Shown here: positions 56,777 through 64,000 of the stretch, piece by piece
How positions within the stretch are numbered: position 1 is the stretch's first letter
How the letters are laid out: each line of letters begins with the position of its first letter
Source: a virus
Direction: 5' to 3' (one strand)
Length of the DNA stretch: 64,000 nucleotides
Virus record (IMG/VR): IMGVR_UViG_3300033156_000215
Location: 6,723-70,722 of that record
Notes under the pieces: generated by a model
Database searches by the model: none
Seen by the model: only the letters and a program-made list of their open reading frames with translations
What the model was told of the DNA's origin: nothing
Translations under genes and position numbers: made by a program

Positions 56777-57883
56777 GTGGCAAGAATCGAAGTCATAACC
56801 GAGAACAAGAATATTTACAGATTGTATAACGAGAAGGTGGAGAAATATGAACTGAAAGAAGATGGAATATTCAGGACTAAATATTTTCTGGACGATGTCT
56901 TGGTTGACAAAGGTAAAGTTTATGTCAAAGCTGAGATGCAGAAAGTAATAGAACAAAGTTCTGAATGTATTACGGTAGAAAGCAGTCTACCTAAAACAGT
57001 TGCTGAGAAATGCTTAGGTACTTATTATCCAGAATATATTTGTTCTGGAGCTGATTTATTAGTAGTCAGATACGCAGTAGAAGGAACAAACAGGATAGAA
57101 CAAAAGAAATTTGCAAAAGTTGAGGATTATGTCGAACCTAGCATAATAACAGAGTTGTGTTTTGATCTAGCTACCAAGTCTGTTATACATATTCTAGAGA
57201 ATAGTCCGTTTAGAACAGGGCTGAACGAACTAATAATAAACGAAGATCCGTTTACTGGAGTGAAGGGTAATTCTGGAATAATACACGGAACAAGGATATT
57301 TTATAGTGATTCCAAGTATATTATGCTAGATCCCTTTATACCCAAAATGTATTATATGTCCGAAGCTACCTTCAGTAATCTAATGTCTATGGCATATTGC
57401 ACAAACAGAAGAGTAGTATATTGTTTGGGTTCTGTAACTTCATTTCCTACTCAAGAGCCTTTAAAGAACTTATCTGACTTTTTTATGGAGTTGGATTACA
57501 CAAATTTGGATGGTACTCGTGGTGATTATCTAGTAGAATACAAAGGTAAACTCTATACTAAATTCTTTAGTTATAGTATTGACTGTAAGCGTAAACTATT
57601 AAATCCTTTGTTTCAGAAATTGCTGGAGAACCAGCAGCTGTTCTTTGGCCCTTCATTCTATCTAAAGAAACTAAATTTGGATTATGACTTTGAGTTTGTA
57701 AAAGTAGTAAGATTGATAGGGCCAAGACTAAGCACAACTTTCCTCGGAAATATCGTAGATAATAAAGTATTCGTCATCGGAAAGAAAGATAACGAACTTT
57801 ATCAAGTAATCTCTACTGGAGTAAAACCTCTCGGATTTGATCTAGTCAGCTCACCAAACGAGCTGAAAATAATAACAAAATAA
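56777..57883 (+). CDS. Paralog array member 7 (subgroup B)
   Basis: DPFTG, LLNPLFQKLL..Q..FFGPSF.LK, YQVISTGV. Confidence 0.85.
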   Translation: MARIEVITENKNIYRLYNEKVEKYELKEDGIFRTKYFLDDVLVDKGKVYVKAEMQKVIEQSSECITVESSLPKTVAEKCLGTYYPEYICSGADLLVVRYAVEGTNRIEQKKFAKVEDYVEPSIITELCFDLATKSVIHILENSPFRTGLNELIINEDPFTGVKGNSGIIHGTRIFYSDSKYIMLDPFIPKMYYMSEATFSNLMSMAYCTNRRVVYCLGSVTSFPTQEPLKNLSDFFMELDYTNLDGTRGDYLVEYKGKLYTKFFSYSIDCKRKLLNPLFQKLLENQQLFFGPSFYLKKLNLDYDFEFVKVVRLIGPRLSTTFLGNIVDNKVFVIGKKDNELYQVISTGVKPLGFDLVSSPNELKIITK

Positions 57884-57894
57884 GGAGAAACAAG

Positions 57895-59037
57895 ATGGAA
57901 GAATACTATCACGAGTATCTAGGTAATGTTCCTGGTCTGTGTGTTGTTTACACAGAAGACAGACAAGTTGGGAATAACTTTGTGACTGACGTGTACTTAA
58001 GCATCCATGATTTTCGTGATGCAATCATTGACGGAAACTGGATTCAGTTCAAAAACATCTTCTACTTGTTCGCAATTGATCACGAAGGTTACCTGGAGCT
58101 AAACTTGCAAAAGAACGAATATGTAGAAGATCCAGTAGCCTTTGCAAATGTTCTTCTTCCTCAGTACATGGAAAAACCGATGATATATGGTTTTAAAGAT
58201 GAGCCTGAAGAATCTTACGTTCCTCTTCCAGATACTCACGCAGAGGAATTCTTTGAATACGGAGAAGAGCAGTATTTACCGAACATAATTGATCTGAGAC
58301 AGTTGGATGATCTGTCTTTGACTGACTATATAGGTTGGTACGAGAAAAAACTGTATTACTTTGATACTGTCACAGCAGCAGTAGTAGGAAGAAATATTCT
58401 CATCTTCGACGTAGGTACCTACCAAGAAGATTGCATGATATCCGCTTTAATATATCATGCTGCGTCTTGCCTCGATTTAGGAACAGTACATTTCTACTTC
58501 CAGAAATGCCCCACTGATGTTGAAGTAATCGCTCCTGAATATCTGGATACGTCTACCTTGCCTTTAGATAGCAAGACGGCAAGTGATTATTACTTCGCTC
58601 CTGAGTGTCTCTTTAAGCTAGACGACGTGTATGCTACACGCTATCTGTATTTCGATTATGAAGAAGGTAAAAAACTGGAAAACAAGCTGCTACCGAAAAT
58701 GCTGAAAGATAATCTTACCTTCCTCGGCCCTATCTACATCATGAAACCTACGGATCTTTTTACTGAAGAAGACATGGACTTGTCAATAGAGATAAGATTC
58801 GAAGGGTTCTTCTCGTTTTCTGGTGACCGTACTAGACAACCAGATATTTATATGGGCAAAGAAGTAGATGGCAAGCTGTATATTCTTGCTCCAGATTATT
58901 ACTACCAAGGAAACCATTACCTTCTGCCAGTAAGAGTTTACGAGTTGATTCCAACTGGAATCAAGGCAAACAATGTTCAGATGAAGAGAAGTAAGGATGA
59001 GATCGTATTTTATCTTACATGCCCAAGAAGTTACTAA
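57895..59037 (+). CDS. Paralog array member 8 (subgroup C)
   Basis: VE.IAPEYL..T.PLD, YATRYL, TFLGPIY..KP, LIPTGIKA. Confidence 0.85.
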   Translation: MEEYYHEYLGNVPGLCVVYTEDRQVGNNFVTDVYLSIHDFRDAIIDGNWIQFKNIFYLFAIDHEGYLELNLQKNEYVEDPVAFANVLLPQYMEKPMIYGFKDEPEESYVPLPDTHAEEFFEYGEEQYLPNIIDLRQLDDLSLTDYIGWYEKKLYYFDTVTAAVVGRNILIFDVGTYQEDCMISALIYHAASCLDLGTVHFYFQKCPTDVEVIAPEYLDTSTLPLDSKTASDYYFAPECLFKLDDVYATRYLYFDYEEGKKLENKLLPKMLKDNLTFLGPIYIMKPTDLFTEEDMDLSIEIRFEGFFSFSGDRTRQPDIYMGKEVDGKLYILAPDYYYQGNHYLLPVRVYELIPTGIKANNVQMKRSKDEIVFYLTCPRSY

Positions 59038-59053
59038 AACAAAGGAGAGATCA

Positions 59054-60193
59054 GTGCCTATAACAAAACTGATAAGAACGATCAATGGAGAATACTTACT
59101 GGTTCTTGATTGGGTAGAGGAGAGAGGTGGAGATATTGTTACTTATTACATGAAAGCCTACGATCTCAACATGCATAAAATTGAGAACAATAAATTATTG
59201 TTCCGATCTTTTCGCTACAAGTTTGCAGTAGAAACAGACAGAAGAGTATATGTGAATACTTTCTGTCCTGGCTTTCTTGCTTCGTTACACGTCAACACAG
59301 AACTAGAATCTGAACTTTTCTATGGAAAGACAAGAGAATACAAAGAATTGGAGAGGGTGAACGAAAGCTACACTTTATTGCCGTTCATGAAAGAAATAGC
59401 CAACGGCGACTACCATACTGGATATGCGGTTATTGGCGCTTTAATAAAGCACGACAAGATTAACAACCTATCAGATTTAAGAGTAGCTGAGAATTCGTAT
59501 TGGAAAAACTTTGTCTATTATGTAGATGGCTATGCCCGTTTAGCCATAGCCAACAACCACATCTTAACTTTTGGGTATATTGAGTTTTCCAGGACAGATC
59601 AAGCTGTCTTTGCTTACAGATTATCAAATATGTTTTACCTTGGCATGGATAATTATTACTATGCCATAGGATTGCCTAAGAGTGTAGAAATAATTGCTCC
59701 TGAGTATCTGAATAGTTACACAATGCCATTGGATGTTTTTAGTGCTGGAAGGTTAGGCTGTTTTGATTGCTTGATGAAGATAAATGGAACTTACGCTACT
59801 AGGTACTTAACGTATACAGAAGAAGAAGCAAAGAAACTTAAGAATAGGTTGTTTATAAAGGCTGTTGAAAATGAGATGACTTTTCTTGGCCCTATATATT
59901 TAGCAAAACCAAGACCAGACATGGACACTTCAGACTTTGATCTAAACGTAAAAATTTCTATTGAGGATATAGATACATCTTTCCATTGGGCTAATGGAGT
60001 AAAAGGGAAAATGGAAGATGGGAAACTCTATATCCACACTTTCAATCCTAAATACGGAGGATATACGTACTATGATGTAGTTCACCAGTTGATACCTACT
60101 GGAGTAAAGGCAGACAATCTGGAAATTAGGAAGGATGGAAACGAAGTAACCTTTCGTCTCAATAACAATATTCCAAGGAGTAGAATACAATGA
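59054..60193 (+). CDS. Paralog array member 9 (subgroup C)
   Basis: Likely GTG start at 59054 after AAGGAG; VEIIAPEYL..TMPLD, YATRYL, TFLGPIY, LIPTGVKA. Confidence 0.85.
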   Translation: MPITKLIRTINGEYLLVLDWVEERGGDIVTYYMKAYDLNMHKIENNKLLFRSFRYKFAVETDRRVYVNTFCPGFLASLHVNTELESELFYGKTREYKELERVNESYTLLPFMKEIANGDYHTGYAVIGALIKHDKINNLSDLRVAENSYWKNFVYYVDGYARLAIANNHILTFGYIEFSRTDQAVFAYRLSNMFYLGMDNYYYAIGLPKSVEIIAPEYLNSYTMPLDVFSAGRLGCFDCLMKINGTYATRYLTYTEEEAKKLKNRLFIKAVENEMTFLGPIYLAKPRPDMDTSDFDLNVKISIEDIDTSFHWANGVKGKMEDGKLYIHTFNPKYGGYTYYDVVHQLIPTGVKADNLEIRKDGNEVTFRLNNNIPRSRIQ

Positions 60194-62025
60194 TAGAGTG
60201 TGAAGCTAGTACTGGATACAGATATCCTTATTTCTACCACGTGTATAAACTCTATCCGCATGAACTAGAGAATTTTGATCCTGAAAAAGAAGAAGGTTTA
60301 ACTGAAGCATGGTACATGGATGTTTTCGATCTAGAAACGGCTGAGTTTGAAGATGGCTTTCTTGTAGCAGAACATCGATGGACTAGATTTTGTAATGTCT
60401 ATTATGACCAAGAGATTATTATTCGTTCCAATTTGCCAGAAGACATTAAAGGTACCATCTTGCCTGATATAGAACAAAAGATATTTTTAGGTGAGGATTT
60501 GCTTATCTACGAAGATGAGATAAACGAGCCTATAACTAAAGAGAAACAAGTGCTGTCAAAAACAAGGCCAGGTAAATTAGCATCAGCAGCAATTACTGAA
60601 GCCCTTAAAACAGCTCTTGCAAAACTTGATGGAATAACTTTTCAAGATTTGCTGGAAAAATATCCCAGGCTTGTTTTAGGAGAAGATTTCTATATCAAGG
60701 ACAGAAAGATATATGCTGACAGAGTGCAGATAGGCTGGATAGGGAAGAAATACTTATTCCACTATCATTATGGCACTTACGTGCACGAAGAACTAACTGA
60801 ATACATAGCTAGTCTATTAAATCTACAATTCTACTCAGGGTTAGTGTCAGCACAAGACTATCCTGAGGTAGATGCAATTTCAGAAACATATCTAGGCATA
60901 AGACTAATCAATGTTGATAAGCATACAAGCAAACATACTCCTGTCTTTTCTGACGCTTTAATTAAATCTGGAGATTTATGGTACAACGAGTATTTAACTT
61001 TTACGGATGATCAAATTGAGAAATTGTCTAACCCTATCTTAGCCAAGTCATTCAAGAATCTTACAACTTTCCTTGGCCCATGTTTTGTTCTTGTTCCTGC
61101 CGAACCAACCGCATTCTGTGATCTATTTAACTCAAGCCTGGTATTTAAATCCGATCCGAACGATAAAACTTATGAAGAATATCCAATGTTTGTTGATGAT
61201 GTCAATGAAGCTGTTTACATTAAGATTAATGAATTTGGTTACAAGCTGGTTAGTACAGGTATCTATCCGCATAACCTAGAATTTCGTATGGATGGAGATA
61301 ACGTTATTTTAACTCAGCATTCTAAAAAGACGTATCCAGATCTATATCCGATTATCATAGAGGACAATATAGTCAAACGGGTAGATACTTGTTCTGGTAA
61401 AGCTACAGTGGAGGGAATATTCGTTGGAGATGAATTAATAACTATCGGTGATAATGATGACTGGATCAGAACCTTAAGTTGTCTTTTCAACAAACGTCTT
61501 AGTTCTCTTGACCTATTCGTAGGAAACAACGAGTATAAAGGAAAAATAAGAGAGCTTGATTCTGATTATAGAAAAAAGATAAAAACGGTTTTTTCTTTCT
61601 ACTGGCCTAGGAAAAAGTATAGCAAAGGAGAGATTTTGTTAGAAGGAGAGGATAAGATCTATACACACTATCTGGTAATTAGTAAGAAATATAAAGAACA
61701 GCTTACTAACCCGATATTTAAGAAACTGGCTGAAGACAATATATTTTTTATTGGGCCTAAGTTTATCTTGAAAGAAAGTAAAGATTTTCAAGTTCTAGAG
61801 AAAGAAAATGAAGCAAAGAGGTTGCAAGTCAAAATCATAAATGTTGGACACGGTTTCAGTACTATGAGAGGATATAGGCTGAAAGAGAAGTTGTTTGTCC
61901 GACTAACTGATGCAATTACTGGCGAATTCAAATATGCAGAACTTGTAGATACTGGAATAGAAGCAGAAAATCTGAAAATAACCGAAACTGAAGATCGTAT
62001 TACTTTCTATTTGTACAGATACTAA
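60190..62025 (+). CDS. Paralog array member 10 (double module, 611 aa)
   Basis: Two copies of the module: LSNPILAK...TFLGPCF...STGIYP and LTNPIFKK...FIGPKF...DTGIEA. Confidence 0.85.
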   Translation: MIECEASTGYRYPYFYHVYKLYPHELENFDPEKEEGLTEAWYMDVFDLETAEFEDGFLVAEHRWTRFCNVYYDQEIIIRSNLPEDIKGTILPDIEQKIFLGEDLLIYEDEINEPITKEKQVLSKTRPGKLASAAITEALKTALAKLDGITFQDLLEKYPRLVLGEDFYIKDRKIYADRVQIGWIGKKYLFHYHYGTYVHEELTEYIASLLNLQFYSGLVSAQDYPEVDAISETYLGIRLINVDKHTSKHTPVFSDALIKSGDLWYNEYLTFTDDQIEKLSNPILAKSFKNLTTFLGPCFVLVPAEPTAFCDLFNSSLVFKSDPNDKTYEEYPMFVDDVNEAVYIKINEFGYKLVSTGIYPHNLEFRMDGDNVILTQHSKKTYPDLYPIIIEDNIVKRVDTCSGKATVEGIFVGDELITIGDNDDWIRTLSCLFNKRLSSLDLFVGNNEYKGKIRELDSDYRKKIKTVFSFYWPRKKYSKGEILLEGEDKIYTHYLVISKKYKEQLTNPIFKKLAEDNIFFIGPKFILKESKDFQVLEKENEAKRLQVKIINVGHGFSTMRGYRLKEKLFVRLTDAITGEFKYAELVDTGIEAENLKITETEDRITFYLYRY

Positions 62026-62047
62026 TAACAAACAAAGGAGAGATAAA

Positions 62048-63028
62048 ATGGCAAAAGTAACACTCAAGAAAATCAAGAGTAATAACGTGAATTTCCTTGG
62101 CCCTTGGTTTGAATTGGTACCAGAAAATACTTCGTACGAAAGGATTGACTACTATTCCAAGCTTGTTCTTATCAATGATAAAACAAAAGAATACGTTTCG
62201 TTTCCAGCAGCTAGAGACGAGTTTGGTTATTTTATGCACCTCTTAGTTGATGGAGCACCCTACCAATTGAAAAGTACTGGAATTTATCCAGATAAAACTG
62301 AGCTTTACGTTGATGGCAATTTCTACTTGATAAAGTTTGATCCTGAAGTTCCCAAAGATGGAATTAGAACTATTATCGAGGGAAATGCTGTTAGGGAATA
62401 TTGGGATCACGGAACGAAAGCCAGATTGGTCGGCTTGTTTTCTGAGGATATTTGCTTTGACTTTGATGATGAATATGAAGAATTTGAAGAGGCTGTAGAA
62501 ATATTTGGGAAAGACCCAGAATCATATTTTGACTACGTTGGGTTAGAGAATAGCTATGGTCAAGCTATGGAACTGGAACCTAAATACAGAAAGAATGTAA
62601 GAACAGTTGTTCTAAATAACGGTTTAACTAGAAATACCTTTGTACCAGATATGCTCATTCGTGATGGAAATAAAATCTGCTCCAGATACCTAGTTTTTGA
62701 TCGCAAGTACGAAGAAAGACTAACCAATCCGGTATTTGTGAAAACACTTGAAACTCAAGGATGTTTCCTTGGCCCTAAGTTTATTTTAGGAGAACGTAAA
62801 GAAGAAGTAGATGGTGAGTCATGTCGTATTGTTGTAGAAAACAGCAGAACAGCAATTAATGGTAACGGAAAGAAAGTAGGAAATAAACTTTACATACGCA
62901 TGACTGATCCTATGAACTTTAAGATATCTGGAGAATATATAGAAGTTATTGATACTGGAATAGAAGCTGATAACTTAGAAATAAAGGATGAAGAGCTAGT
63001 CATAAGATTCAAAATAAGAAAGGGTTAG
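62048..63028 (+). CDS. Paralog array member 11 (subgroup D)
   Basis: Starts mid-module at NFLGPWF...STGIYP; second module LTNPVF.K...CFLGPKF...DTGIEA. Confidence 0.85.
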   Translation: MAKVTLKKIKSNNVNFLGPWFELVPENTSYERIDYYSKLVLINDKTKEYVSFPAARDEFGYFMHLLVDGAPYQLKSTGIYPDKTELYVDGNFYLIKFDPEVPKDGIRTIIEGNAVREYWDHGTKARLVGLFSEDICFDFDDEYEEFEEAVEIFGKDPESYFDYVGLENSYGQAMELEPKYRKNVRTVVLNNGLTRNTFVPDMLIRDGNKICSRYLVFDRKYEERLTNPVFVKTLETQGCFLGPKFILGERKEEVDGESCRIVVENSRTAINGNGKKVGNKLYIRMTDPMNFKISGEYIEVIDTGIEADNLEIKDEELVIRFKIRKG

Positions 63029-63038
63029 GAGAAACAAA

Positions 63039-64000
63039 ATGAGAAAAAGGTTTATCGGATATAAGAGAGTAAGAAAAGATAAGATAAATGTACTAGGGCC
63101 TATATTCAAACTTATTCCAACTGACATCGAACGAGAGAAAGCTGAATATTACTCAAAGCTTATCTTGGTTAACAAGGTGACAAGACAGTATGCAGAGATT
63201 CCTGCTATCGGATTTCACTATCCAGCAGAGTTACACTTAAATATCAACAACAAGAACTACATACTAGCTAGTTCTGAATTTTATCCTGAGAATGTTGAAA
63301 TTAAGTTTGAGAAGTATGTTTATCTAATCAAGCATAAAAAGGATTATGTCTGTGAACCAGGAGCTTATTTCATTGATGGTAAAGCTGTTAGACTTGTAAG
63401 AGGCTCATCTAGGAAAATCATTTTAGCTGGTATTTTTGCTGACGATACTTTAGTTAAATTGGGTAATCATTATCTAGGTTTCAATGGTATCTGTGCTGTA
63501 TTCAGGAAAAACTATGAATTGTATGGAGACTATGTTGGTCTAGAATCAAGCACAGGTGATGTAGAAGAATTACAACCGATATATAGAACTGAAGTAAGAA
63601 CAGCTAGACTTAGTAATAACCTAGTTGCCCTGCCTTCAGTACCAGATATCTTAATTCAAGATAGTAACAAGATTTGTTCTCGTTATTTGGTTTTTGATAT
63701 GAAATACAAAAATAAATTAGCTAGTCCATTATTTGCAAAGATGCTAGCTGATAGAGGATGTTTTCTTGGCCCAAGCTTTGTCTTAGGTGAACGTAAGGAT
63801 AACTTAGATGGAAAAGATTGTGTAGTACGGATCATGGGTGATGGCTTTGGTACTAAAGCAACTGAAGTCAACGACAAACTTTACGTAAGAATGCGCGATC
63901 CTTTTGAGCCTGAATGCATAAAGTATATCGAGATAATCAGTACTGGAATCAAGGCTGAGAACTTAAAGATTATTAAGCACGGCAGGTACGTAAATTTTGG
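63039..64000 (+). CDS. Paralog array member 12 (subgroup D), runs off the right edge
   Basis: Not in the ORF track. Manual translation from ATG 63039 (RBS AGGAG): NVLGPIF, YYSKLILVN, DYVGLE, KICSRYLVFD, LASPLFAK...CFLGPSFVLGERK, STGIKAENL; closest to member 11. Confidence 0.85.
   Translation, partial: MRKRFIGYKRVRKDKINVLGPIFKLIPTDIEREKAEYYSKLILVNKVTRQYAEIPAIGFHYPAELHLNINNKNYILASSEFYPENVEIKFEKYVYLIKHKKDYVCEPGAYFIDGKAVRLVRGSSRKIILAGIFADDTLVKLGNHYLGFNGICAVFRKNYELYGDYVGLESSTGDVEELQPIYRTEVRTARLSNNLVALPSVPDILIQDSNKICSRYLVFDMKYKNKLASPLFAKMLADRGCFLGPSFVLGERKDNLDGKDCVVRIMGDGFGTKATEVNDKLYVRMRDPFEPECIKYIEIISTGIKAENLKIIKHGRYVNF

Noticed and set aside
48296-63877. Minus-strand ORFs opposite the right-arm genes
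   Set aside because: Antisense shadows with no recognisable motifs.
1-64000. Stop-codon reassignment, tRNA genes, integrase/att site
   Set aside because: Genes are full-length in the standard code and use TAA, TAG and TGA as stops. No cloverleaf or recombinase motif was recognised.

Overview
The window is most of the genome of a long-tailed (siphovirus-like) dsDNA phage, read in the standard code, with no host genes visible. It has two divergent arms. The left arm (about 47,080 to 1, minus strand) runs in this order: a regulator and recombination/replication genes (RHH protein, compact DinG-like helicase, Cas4-like exonuclease, annealase, tandem Sm-like protein, phosphoesterase, holin, PolA); TerL and portal; an unusual NTase-ligase-phosphoesterase protein and a glycosyltransferase-methyltransferase fusion inside the head module; a protease/scaffold/major capsid fusion; tail genes and a large tail fibre; small accessory genes; a C5 methyltransferase, thyX, two cell-wall hydrolases, a resolvase-like nuclease and a class II RNR that runs off the left edge. 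The right arm (48,268 to >64,000, plus strand) starts at a perfect sigma70 promoter and encodes a MoxR AAA+ ATPase and an HExxH/vWA protein, followed by at least 12 tandem, highly diverged paralogs sharing an 'L-x-[NS]P-x-F-x-K...F-[LIF]-G-P-x-F...TG[IV]' module. Other notable signals are three inverted pairs of an 18-bp motif (one pair inside the ligase gene), two candidate programmed frameshifts, three candidate small RNAs and several orphan antitoxin-like genes. The endolysin architecture suggests a Chloroflexota host (inference). No tRNA, CRISPR array, integrase or reverse transcriptase was seen. All family calls are by-eye motif recognition, not database searches.
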